Part shown: one piece after another, positions 29,531 to 37,563 of the stretch | Position numbering within the stretch: position 1 is the stretch's first letter | Layout: the number at the start of each line of letters is the position of its first letter | Assembly (NCBI GenBank): GCA_040290255.1 | Contig: PSMU01000002.1 | Coordinates: 32,001 to 96,000 of the forward strand | Origin: Nitrososphaerota archaeon | Lineage (GTDB): Archaea; Thermoproteota; Nitrososphaeria; PSMU01 | Length of the DNA: 64,000 bases | Direction of reading: 5' to 3' | Notes under the pieces: generated by a model | The model's input: the letters and a program-made list of their open reading frames with translations, nothing else | What the model was told of the DNA's origin: nothing | The model's database searches: none | Program-made: the position numbers and the translations under genes

Positions 29531-29560
29531 TTAGTTAATGGTTATGAATTCCTGCTCCAT
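29531..29560 (-). promoter_or_regulatory. Conserved promoter box, copy 2 (AAA/vWA operon)
   Basis: 24/30 nt identical to 25761-25790. Confidence 0.7.
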
Positions 29561-29609
29561 GGGAGGGCAAGAGGGGAGCTTTTTTAAGGCGAAGCTGGAG
29601 AGTCGCGGC

Positions 29610-29990
29610 GTGCCCGAGGTATCCGTCAGCCTAAAGACCCTCGAGGCGGCGGTGCTCGGAAGCGAGGCGCCCCCGCCCTCGGTGAGCTATCGCGTCAACG
29701 TGAAGATGAGCGAGGAGGAGCGGAACCCCGGCTACCTTAGGGTGAGGTTCAGCTTTGAGCTGGAAGCGGAGCCCCCCATCGCGAAGCTGCAGGTCTCGGG
29801 CACGGCGCAGGTGACGGGCAAGGAGGAGGAGCTGCTGCCGCTCCTATCACAGAGCGCGAAGGAGGGCGCGCCTCCTCTCTTCATGCTCATCTACCAGAAG
29901 GTCTACCCCGTGATGTACCTGCTCGCGGGCGCGCTGAAGATCCCTTATCCCGCGCCCGGCCTCCTGAAGATAGGGCAGGGCGGCGCCTAG
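29610..29990 (+). CDS. Hypothetical protein, SecB-like fold suspected
   Basis: Four amphipathic strands then the helix IYQKVYPVMYLLAGALKIPYP; GTG 29610 downstream of TTTTTAA. Confidence 0.6.
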   Translation: MPEVSVSLKTLEAAVLGSEAPPPSVSYRVNVKMSEEERNPGYLRVRFSFELEAEPPIAKLQVSGTAQVTGKEEELLPLLSQSAKEGAPPLFMLIYQKVYPVMYLLAGALKIPYPAPGLLKIGQGGA

Positions 29991-29991
29991 C

Positions 29992-30423
29992 TTACCTTAC
30001 CAGGTGCACGTCCTTGACCAGCCAGGCGCTGGGGGCGCTTAGCCCCATCGTGTCTAGGAGCAGGTACAGCAGCGGATAGATGCTCCTGTAGATCTCCAGC
30101 GCGATCTTCCCCAGCTCCTCCTCGCCCAGCTCCTCCAGCGAGAGGACCTCCGCGCCATCGCAGCCGAGGAAGGCATCGCCCTCCAGCTCCGCCCTTTGCA
30201 TCGTGGGCATCGTTTCAATTACGAGCCTGAACTGCAGCTGCGCTCCCCCCTTCAGCCTCCTCACCTCCTTCAGCTCGGCCTGCAGGTCAAAGTTAAGGCC
30301 CTGCTGCTCGCTTCTCATGGCCAGCCTGGCTACCTTGAGCCTCCTTATGCTGGCCTCTATGCTCAGCTGAAGCTGCTGGCCCCGCTTCACGGCCTCGAGC
30401 TGGGGAGCAACAGGAGGCGCCAT
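29992..30423 (-). CDS. Hypothetical protein, paralogue of 29610-29990 (SecB-like)
   Basis: Same architecture; IYRSIYPLLYLLLDTMGLSAP. Confidence 0.6.
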   Translation of the reverse strand: MAPPVAPQLEAVKRGQQLQLSIEASIRRLKVARLAMRSEQQGLNFDLQAELKEVRRLKGGAQLQFRLVIETMPTMQRAELEGDAFLGCDGAEVLSLEELGEEELGKIALEIYRSIYPLLYLLLDTMGLSAPSAWLVKDVHLVR

Positions 30424-30425
30424 GG

Positions 30426-30749
30426 CTATCCACCCATGAGCGAGGTCCTTCGCCTCCAGTAAGGAGGCGCCCTGGAGGCGGCCCGGGGCCTGTAGCCCAT
30501 GGGCAGCCTGGCCAGGCCCCTATGGGAGCTGAGGGGCATCAGGGCCCTCCCGAGCATCCTGCTGATGGGCCTCCTCATCCACACCACGAGCCAGGCATCG
30601 AAAAGGGCGTAGAGGATCCCGAACTCCACGCCCAGCTGGTGAAGGCCTATGAAGTAAGCCGCGAGTATGCTTCCTATGTCCACTAAGGAGGCGACCATGT
30701 TTTCATACACCTCTTGATCCACGCGCAGCGTGAGGGAGCCTCGTTTCAA
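30426..30749 (-). CDS. Small membrane protein
   Basis: Two hydrophobic segments; 2 bp upstream of the SecB-like gene. Confidence 0.55.
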   Translation of the reverse strand: MKRGSLTLRVDQEVYENMVASLVDIGSILAAYFIGLHQLGVEFGILYALFDAWLVVWMRRPISRMLGRALMPLSSHRGLARLPMGYRPRAASRAPPYWRRRTSLMGG

Positions 30750-30803
30750 GGCCTTATATAGTGCGTAGGTGCCGGGCTATAGACCAGGGATCCATGTTCA
30801 GGG

Positions 30804-31133
30804 CTAAAAGTAGGACCTCTTAGCATAGCCCTTGAGCAGCGCGTGGCCTGGCTGCTCAAACACGGGTTCCTGGGGCTCAGGGGCCAGGGCGCTCTCCACT
30901 TCATCGAAGAGGCGCAGCAGGGCATGGCCCTTGCTCGTGAGCGTGAGATATGTGCCCGAGGCCGTGCGCTCCAGCGCAACTAAGCCCTTATGCTGCAACA
31001 GCAGCAGCGCCTCCTTGAAGACGTTCCAGGAGAGGTTCGCCTTGAACATGACGCGGGTGCGCCTTGCCCTCCCCTCCTCCGCGATGGCCCTGAGTATGTC
31101 CACGAGCACCTCGAGCTTTGAGCGCCTGATCAC
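30804..31133 (-). CDS. Archaeal winged-helix transcriptional regulator (HTH_45-like)
   Basis: RRSKLEVLVDILRAI...RTRVMFKANLSW...YLTLTSKG. Confidence 0.88.
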   Translation of the reverse strand: MIRRSKLEVLVDILRAIAEEGRARRTRVMFKANLSWNVFKEALLLLQHKGLVALERTASGTYLTLTSKGHALLRLFDEVESALAPEPQEPVFEQPGHALLKGYAKRSYF

Positions 31134-31256
31134 TTCTAACGTATAATTAGCGCTATGGGATATAAGGCGGGCAGGAAAAAATGGCGGGCGCATCGATCGA
31201 TCCCTTAGGCGTTCACCAGGACAAGCCTCGCGAGGTTTAGATTGCCACCAGCTTCC

Positions 31257-31287
31257 TGCAAACGCGTTTGCAAGGCGACCGCCTTGC
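31257..31287. repeat. Perfect 16-bp palindrome overlapping an 8-bp inverted repeat
   Basis: TGCAAACGCGTTTGCA (31257-31272) and GCAAGGCG-AC-CGCCTTGC (31270-31287). Confidence 0.8.
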
Positions 31288-31307
31288 TCCATGAAAAGCC
31301 TTCTGCG

Positions 31308-31994
31308 CTAGGGGACCGCCGCGGCCTCCGCCTCAGCCCAGAACCTTATCGCGCTCAGCACCAAAGGCAGCCTCCTGCTCCCCACCAGCTCCAGCAGCAG
31401 CCTAGCTACGGCGTCGGGCGTGGCCAGCCTGGAGGCCTCCTGCTTGGCCCGAGGCGAAAGCTCATACCTCCTCTCTACCTTCCTGGCGAAGCCCTCCATC
31501 TCCAGCGCTCTTAGCGCCCTCTTCACCGCCTTCGGCTCGGCGCGGAAGCCCAACTGCCTGAGCGCCCTTCCGTTCACGCTGTAGCCGAGAAGGAGCAGCA
31601 CGCCCAGCCATGCCGCCAGCTCCTGGGAGCTCCTTATCTCATGTGAGGGGCGGGGAGCCCGCCTCATCTCCGGGGTCCTGGACACACTCAGCCTCCTCAC
31701 CACGGCCTCCACATCGCTCCTGGCCAGCCTCTCCTTTCGTTTCATCCTCTCGAGCAGCATGGATAAGGCCTTTTCCTGCTTGGGCCCCGGCAGCTTGTAG
31801 AGCGGGAAGGCCTTGCGCCAGCTGAGCCCCAGCCTCTCCAGCTCCTCCCTGACGTTGGGCGCGAGCCTGAGCAGCAGCCTCTTATGGGTCACCGTGGAGA
31901 GGGGGATGCCCAGCTCCCTGGCTATCCTCCTCAGCGTCCAGCCCCTCTCCCAGAGCCTCTGGACGAGGCTGGCCTCCCTGAGCGCCTGGCTCAG
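31308..31994 (-). CDS. ParB/Spo0J-type HTH protein lacking the N-terminal NTPase domain, with a possible C-terminal wHTH
   Basis: Frame extends upstream of the track start: GWTLRRIARELGIPLSTVTHKRLLLRLAPNVREELERLGLSW resembles the ParB HTH; probable CTG start at 31994. Confidence 0.65.
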   Translation of the reverse strand: MSQALREASLVQRLWERGWTLRRIARELGIPLSTVTHKRLLLRLAPNVREELERLGLSWRKAFPLYKLPGPKQEKALSMLLERMKRKERLARSDVEAVVRRLSVSRTPEMRRAPRPSHEIRSSQELAAWLGVLLLLGYSVNGRALRQLGFRAEPKAVKRALRALEMEGFARKVERRYELSPRAKQEASRLATPDAVARLLLELVGSRRLPLVLSAIRFWAEAEAAAVP

Positions 31995-32002
31995 CGACGC
32001 GG

Positions 32003-33157
32003 CTACATCACCTCCCCCGCAACGCCCTTCGCGCTATGCCCAGTCGCATGAAGCCTCGGGGCTGTGGGCTCTCCCTCGCTGAACAGCCAGCGCGCTCGGA
32101 CCGCATCCCAGCTCAGCGTGCCCATGCTTAGGTCCTTCGCGATGTGAAGGCCTTCCCGCCTCGCGTAGGAGGCGAGCTGTTCCGCCAGGGAGGGAGGGAG
32201 CTCATAGGGCCCCAGGGCCAGAAGCAGGGGGGCGCCGCAGGCAGTGCAGGCCACGCGGCAGAGCAGCAGCTCGGGCAGCACCTCCTGCTTCTCGAGCAGG
32301 CCCTCTTCCCTGGGCCGAAGCAGCACGAGGCTCGAGAGCCTGGGATCCGTGAGCCGAGGCGCCCTGAAGAAAACGTTCGCCCCACAGGCCCCGCAGCGCG
32401 CGGCATAGGCCTTGCCCACGAGCACAACGCCCCCCTGCTCCCTTTGCTCCTGCTCGGCCTCCGAGGGCAGGGCGGGGCCCCCCTGCGACTCCTCGAGCTC
32501 CTCACGCGTTAAGTTCCTGGCCCAGGCTGGCAGCACCTGCTCTAGGGCCTGTAGGGGCATGTTCGCGGCCACCTCCTGCAACCTCTTCGCGCTCAGCTGG
32601 TTGGCGGCCGCAAAGGCGGCCAGCACGGGCCAGGCCTCCCTCTCCCTCCTCAGGATGACCTCCAGATGGCTGAAGTTGAAGGTGAAGCCGCTGGCCTTCT
32701 CTATGGCATGCAAGAGCGCGAAGAGCCCGGCCGCCTCGAGCGCCTCCATCATCCTCTTCTTCGCCTCTATATCTCGAATGCCATGCCTCTGCGCGAAGGC
32801 CGTCAGGAACCCCTCGCCCTGCGTTCTGACCACCCTCCTGAAGAGCAGCAGCTGTTCGAGCGCCGTAAAGTTCCTCCTCTGCTGGCTCGTCCACGCTATA
32901 TCCAAGACCTGCTGTGGGTTGAGCTGTAGCTCCACCAGCCTGATGCTCTTGAGCCCCAGCCTCCGGCAGGCCTCCAGCCTCCTGCCCCCATCCACGATCC
33001 AGTAGCCCCCTCCCTCCCTCCTCACCGCCTTCACGGGCTCCTGCTGGCCCACGCGCCTGATGCTATCCATCAAATCGCCCACTTCATCATATCTTATCCT
33101 CACATGTACCAAAGGATGGACTTCGCAGAGCTCCAGCGGCACCTCCTGTGGCTGCAC
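32003..33157 (-). CDS. ParB/Srx N-terminal domain protein with C-terminal CxxC pairs
   Basis: LMDSIRRVGQQEPV...YWIVDGGRRLEACRRLG; CGAC...CTAC. Confidence 0.85.
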   Translation of the reverse strand: MQPQEVPLELCEVHPLVHVRIRYDEVGDLMDSIRRVGQQEPVKAVRREGGGYWIVDGGRRLEACRRLGLKSIRLVELQLNPQQVLDIAWTSQQRRNFTALEQLLLFRRVVRTQGEGFLTAFAQRHGIRDIEAKKRMMEALEAAGLFALLHAIEKASGFTFNFSHLEVILRREREAWPVLAAFAAANQLSAKRLQEVAANMPLQALEQVLPAWARNLTREELEESQGGPALPSEAEQEQREQGGVVLVGKAYAARCGACGANVFFRAPRLTDPRLSSLVLLRPREEGLLEKQEVLPELLLCRVACTACGAPLLLALGPYELPPSLAEQLASYARREGLHIAKDLSMGTLSWDAVRARWLFSEGEPTAPRLHATGHSAKGVAGEVM

Positions 33158-33158
33158 T

Positions 33159-34367
33159 TCAGTTCTCCTCTAGGCTCAGCGCCAGCCTATAGAGCTCCGA
33201 CCAGCGCGCTCCCGTCCTCTCCTCGAGCTCCTGGGGCACCAGCAGCCCCTTTAGCCCCGTGTAGCCCCTGGAGCCCCTGGTGAGGCCCAGCTCCACGGCA
33301 AGCGTGTAAAGCTCCAGCCTCTGGGCCATGGGCAGCGAGCGGAAGAGCTCCATATCCGCGGCGATGAGCGCGGCGGCCACCTGCTTTTCGCTTGCGATGG
33401 GAAGCGCGGGGCTCAGGTAGGAGCTGGCCCTCCTCTCCAGCTCCCTCAGCAGGCCCGCCTTCTCCAGCAGGAGGCGCGATGCCGCCAGGTTCTGGGGCGA
33501 GAGGCGCCTCCTCGCGCTGGCCAGGAGCTGCTGATGGCCAAGGCTGATGCTCAGCTCCTTTCCACAGTAGGCCAAGAGCCTCAGCACGTATGAAAACTCG
33601 CTGGGCCTTAGAGTGACGGTTATGCGCGGGGCCCAAGCAGCCTCGGCATCCTCCTGCTCCGTCGCCAGCAGCAGGGCTCCTTCGCTTCCCGTGGCGCTGA
33701 GCAGCTTCGTGGCGCTCATCAGCCTCCCCTTGACCAGGCAATCCCTGAGCAAAGGGGCCCAGCGCGCGATGACTATGCCCCGCGTGCCGCTCACCATCAG
33801 CTGCGCCTCCCTGGGCTCGCCATCCACGTACAACCTGATGCCGCTCTTCGATTTGGAGCGAATAAGGAGGCGGAGCGCGGGCAGCCTCAAGTTGAGCAGG
33901 CCCAGCCTTCTTGCTACGGGATGAAACTGGGCCTTCGCGAGGACCTCCAGCACCTCAAGCTTGCTGAGCCCCGCCTCTAAGCCCTGCAGGTAGAAGGCCA
34001 GCACCGTGGCCTGATAGGGAAGGAGCCTGAGCCCTCGCTCATTCGCCCTCCTGTAGAGCGCCCAGGCCCTGTACTCCAGCAGCTCCCGCTCGAGAAGGGC
34101 GCAGTGGCTCGTCAGGAGCGCGCAGAGCGCGCTGATGCTTTCGTTGGGCCCCTCAGCGCCCAGCGCCCTCAGCGCCACGTACTCCCTTCTCCCCACCCCC
34201 CTGCCGAGGATCGCCTCCATCTCCCTTCTGGAGAGCCTTGAGCCGGGCGGAAGGCCTGGGCAGCCCGGGAGATGCGCATCCGCCATCTGTCCAGGCGCGC
34301 CGTAATCGGGGGCTTCAAGGGCCCTGTCTAGGCCAACCTTATCTTGAAGCCCCCTGCGCGCCGCCAT
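33159..34367 (-). CDS. Hypothetical protein, possibly a divergent TFIIB/cyclin-fold protein
   Basis: First gene of the ParB operon; AWALYRRANERGL...ATVLAFYL and PSEFSYVLRL...KQVAAALIA loosely resemble TFB repeats. Confidence 0.45.
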   Translation of the reverse strand: MAARRGLQDKVGLDRALEAPDYGAPGQMADAHLPGCPGLPPGSRLSRREMEAILGRGVGRREYVALRALGAEGPNESISALCALLTSHCALLERELLEYRAWALYRRANERGLRLLPYQATVLAFYLQGLEAGLSKLEVLEVLAKAQFHPVARRLGLLNLRLPALRLLIRSKSKSGIRLYVDGEPREAQLMVSGTRGIVIARWAPLLRDCLVKGRLMSATKLLSATGSEGALLLATEQEDAEAAWAPRITVTLRPSEFSYVLRLLAYCGKELSISLGHQQLLASARRRLSPQNLAASRLLLEKAGLLRELERRASSYLSPALPIASEKQVAAALIAADMELFRSLPMAQRLELYTLAVELGLTRGSRGYTGLKGLLVPQELEERTGARWSELYRLALSLEEN

Positions 34368-34464
34368 CCTAGGGCATTTTGCCAGAAAAGGATTTAAGCT
34401 TTTTCCGTATTTTTACCTACAGAGCCCAGGAAAACTTAACTTTTCCCGCGCGCCGCTGGCGCAG

Positions 34465-35646
34465 TTGGAGCCCGTGATCATAGATGCGGTGCGCACGCCC
34501 ATAGGCAAGTACGGCGGCGCGCTCAGCTCCGTTAGGCCCGATGACCTGGCCGCGCTGGTGTTAAAAGCGCTGGTGGAGAGAAATCACGTCCCGCCGGAGC
34601 TGATAGATGACGTGATCATGGGCTGCGGAAACCAGGCCGGCGAGGATAACAGGAACGTGGCCAGGATGGCGGTGCTGCTGGCCGGCCTTCCTCCCAGCGT
34701 TCCCGGAGTTACCGTGAATAGGCTCTGCTCCTCAGGCCTAGACGCCGTGAACATCGCTTCATGGAGGATAAGGGCCGGCGAGGCGCAGCTCATCATAGCC
34801 GGAGGGGTTGAGAGCATGAGCCGCGCCCCCTTTGTCTTGGCCAAGCCCGAGGTACCCTTCCAGAGGGAGCTGAGGGTCCATGATACCACGTTGGGCTGGA
34901 GGTTCGTGAACCCCAAGCTGCTCCAGCGCTATAGGCCCCTGAGCATGGGCGAGACCGCGGAGGTATTGGCCGAAAGGTACGGCATCACGAGGCGGGAGCA
35001 GGATGAGTATGCCCTGGAGAGCCACAGAAGGGCCGCGCGTGCCACGAGATCCGGCCGCTTCATGAAGGAGATCCTGCCCGTGCCCGTCGATGGAGGGTTT
35101 GTGAAGGAGGATGAGGGCATAAGGTACGATACGAGCCTAGAGAAGCTGGCGAAGCTCAGGCCGGCCTTTAAAGAGGGGGGCACGGTCACCGCGGGCAACT
35201 CCTCGCAGATCAGCGACGGCGCGGCGGCGCTGCTGATAGCTTCGCGCGAGATGGCGGACAGGCTGGGCCTCAGGCCCATGGCCCGCATCGTGGCTTCTGG
35301 CATAGCCGGCGTGCACCCGGACCTTATGGGCCTAGGCCCCATTCCCGCAACCAGGCAGGCGCTGGAGAGGGCGAAGCTGGGCCTCGAGCACATGGAGCTG
35401 ATAGAGCTGAACGAGGCCTTCGCCGCGCAGGTGCTGGCCTGCCTCAGGGAGATGCCCATGGACATGAACAAGTTGAACCCCAACGGAGGGGCCATAGCCC
35501 TGGGCCATCCCATAGGCTGCAGCGGCGCGAGGATCCTCACCACGCTTCTCTATGAGATGCGAGAGCGACGGGCAGCGTTGGGCCTTGCCGCGCTGTGCGT
35601 TGGCGTGGGTCAGGGAGAGGCCATCATCGTGGAGAGGGAGGGGTAG
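34465..35646 (+). CDS. Thiolase (PaaJ/PcaF-like acetyl-CoA C-acyltransferase)
   Basis: NQAGEDNRNVAR, NRLCSSG, ELNEAFAAQ, GHPIGCSG, LCVGVGQG. Confidence 0.95.
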   Translation: MEPVIIDAVRTPIGKYGGALSSVRPDDLAALVLKALVERNHVPPELIDDVIMGCGNQAGEDNRNVARMAVLLAGLPPSVPGVTVNRLCSSGLDAVNIASWRIRAGEAQLIIAGGVESMSRAPFVLAKPEVPFQRELRVHDTTLGWRFVNPKLLQRYRPLSMGETAEVLAERYGITRREQDEYALESHRRAARATRSGRFMKEILPVPVDGGFVKEDEGIRYDTSLEKLAKLRPAFKEGGTVTAGNSSQISDGAAALLIASREMADRLGLRPMARIVASGIAGVHPDLMGLGPIPATRQALERAKLGLEHMELIELNEAFAAQVLACLREMPMDMNKLNPNGGAIALGHPIGCSGARILTTLLYEMRERRAALGLAALCVGVGQGEAIIVEREG

Positions 35647-35739
35647 AGGGATTAGGGCGCTAAGGAGGACAAAAGCCACCATCTATTCATAAAAAAAGGA
35701 ACAAGTTCTCATAAACACAATCGAGTATAGATTTCTGGC

Positions 35740-35886
35740 ATGGATTCCGAAACCAGGCTCAAGCTGGCCGTGGTGGCGGTCAGCCTGGGCGTAGCTGCGG
35801 CAACGGCGCTGGCAACCACGCTGGGCGTAGCGCCCACTGCCACCGTGCTCGGGGCAGAGGCCGCGAACTACGGCGTTACGATTTAA
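35740..35886 (+). CDS. Small hydrophobic peptide (48 aa), candidate secreted signalling-peptide precursor
   Basis: Below the track cutoff; ATG...TAA gives MDSETRLKLAVVAVSLGVAAATALATTLGVAPTATVLGAEAANYGVTI, behind an AT-rich promoter-like region. Confidence 0.6.
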   Translation: MDSETRLKLAVVAVSLGVAAATALATTLGVAPTATVLGAEAANYGVTI

Positions 35887-35910
35887 GGCTGCTCTCACCT
35901 CAGCTTCAAG

Positions 35911-37020
35911 TTAGCGGGCCGTTATTTCTTTCTGCAAGAGCTGCACCGCTCTTACAGCTATATCGGAATCAAAGAGCCACCTGCCCGAGCTGGCGTCGAA
36001 CATATGCGATGGGAAAAGGTATGCCGTAGCCGTATTGCGATCTATAAATGCGATCCTTAGTTTAGCCGCGACTTCGGGCGGCAGGCGCTCGCTGAGCCAG
36101 GTGGCCGCCTCTATGAACTGATATTGGGGTATGACTGCCTCGGAGTATAGGAACGTCCTATCATCGTTGTAGAAGATGGCCCAAGAAAAGGGCAGGGACG
36201 TCAGCGCCCCCAGCGCCGAAACATACTCTGAGTATGTTAAATTCTCCAGCCAGATCTTCGGGTACAAGACCCTGTGCGCAGGCGTGATGGCTGGCTCGCC
36301 CGTCCATAAGACGTTATACCCGCTCAGAAGCCTCCTTCCCACCAGATGCGCCTTATAATGATAAAGGACGGTCTTAAGCGTGAGCTTCTTATCGATCTCG
36401 GCGGCGAGGCCCATGAACTCCTCCGCAGGGTTCTTCTGTATTGCCCTGGCCATCTTCACATCGAGCGCATCGAACAGCGATGGCTGCAAATCCTCAGCCA
36501 GGATGGGTTGGCCCACGCTGTCCAATTCCTTCCAGTTGATGCTCCATGTCCTGTGCTGAAAGTCAAAGAACTCGGGCCGGAAGGGTAACGGCACCCTCGC
36601 CGATGTGACGTAGGCCTTGTAGGCCTCGACCAGCTCCATCTCCTTAAGCTTGTTCATGAACTCTAGAAAGGCAGAGGTTTTGTCCGCCGGCAAGTAGAAG
36701 TACGCGATCAGGCTCTTATCGAAGAGCGTCCTCGCGAAGAAGGAGCAATAGGCCACTTCGGCCAGCAGCTTTCCAAAGCTCATTTCGTGGCCATGCAGCA
36801 CCTTCGAGAGCCGCAGGATGGAGATGACGGGCCTCAGCCCGAACTTGGCATAATTTATCACAGGCACGCATCTGAAGCCCATATTGTTTAGCTTGCCGAC
36901 CCAATAGCGCACCGTCTCCGGATGGTGCCCCACCTCGCGTGCTATTGCGCTGATGTTACGGGGGCCAAGGATCTGTAGATACTCAACCAGCTTGCGGGGG
37001 TCTACCACCTTCTTGGGCAA
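35911..37020 (-). CDS. Tandem (double) Lrp/AsnC-like winged-helix regulator
   Basis: HTH1 GPRNISAIAREVGHHPETVRYW...INYAKFGL; HTH2 FDALDVKMARAIQKN...KTVLYHY; each followed by a RAM-like alpha/beta segment. Confidence 0.8.
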   Translation of the reverse strand: MPKKVVDPRKLVEYLQILGPRNISAIAREVGHHPETVRYWVGKLNNMGFRCVPVINYAKFGLRPVISILRLSKVLHGHEMSFGKLLAEVAYCSFFARTLFDKSLIAYFYLPADKTSAFLEFMNKLKEMELVEAYKAYVTSARVPLPFRPEFFDFQHRTWSINWKELDSVGQPILAEDLQPSLFDALDVKMARAIQKNPAEEFMGLAAEIDKKLTLKTVLYHYKAHLVGRRLLSGYNVLWTGEPAITPAHRVLYPKIWLENLTYSEYVSALGALTSLPFSWAIFYNDDRTFLYSEAVIPQYQFIEAATWLSERLPPEVAAKLRIAFIDRNTATAYLFPSHMFDASSGRWLFDSDIAVRAVQLLQKEITAR

Positions 37021-37136
37021 GCTCGCTCGTGCCTTTCGCCCCCGCCCACCTTCATTATTTAAGTTTCGAGGTGGCCACGATTTATCACATCGCTCCAGAG
37101 CTGTAGTTTATATCCTCCTTCCGCCCGCGGGGCCCT

Positions 37137-37556
37137 ATGGAGGAGCAGGTCAAGGAGGCTATTATAGCCTATCTTGAGGCGGCGAAGGAGAAGGACTTCT
37201 CGCGCCTCTCCTCGCTAAAGGCCGCGGAGTTCACCAAATTCGGCGAGGTTTCGCCCTATCACAGGCTCGAGCTTCCCGAGGCCAATGCCCTGGAACAGCT
37301 GCAGTTCGCCTCGCTCGCGGACCTCACCTATGAGATAGAGGACCTGAGGGTTCAGGTTTACGGCGACATAGCCCTGGCCTCCTTCCTGCTGAGCCTCAAG
37401 GGGGTGCTGGTGGACGATTACAGCTTCACGGGGGCCCTTCACCGCTCGCTGATCAGGGCCACGATGGTGCTCAGGCGTGAGCGGGGGCGATGGCTACATC
37501 TGCACCACCACCTCTCCTCCCTGCCCGAGGGCGAGCGGCGGGGCCAGCGCAAATGA
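37137..37556 (+). CDS. NTF2/SnoaL-like (DUF4440) protein
   Basis: DLRVQVYGDIALA...RATMVLRRERGRWLHLHHHLS. Confidence 0.85.
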   Translation: MEEQVKEAIIAYLEAAKEKDFSRLSSLKAAEFTKFGEVSPYHRLELPEANALEQLQFASLADLTYEIEDLRVQVYGDIALASFLLSLKGVLVDDYSFTGALHRSLIRATMVLRRERGRWLHLHHHLSSLPEGERRGQRK

Positions 37557-37563
37557 TGGGCAG

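Noticed and set aside
18919-34367. Integrated plasmid, provirus or ICE suggested by the ParB genes
   Set aside because: No integrase, replication, relaxase, VirB4 or capsid gene, no tRNA or att repeat seen, and composition is mostly host-like.
35683-35898. 71-aa minus-strand ORF in the track
   Set aside because: No motif; the opposite-strand 48-aa ORF has an ATG, an AT-rich upstream region and a coherent hydrophobic profile.
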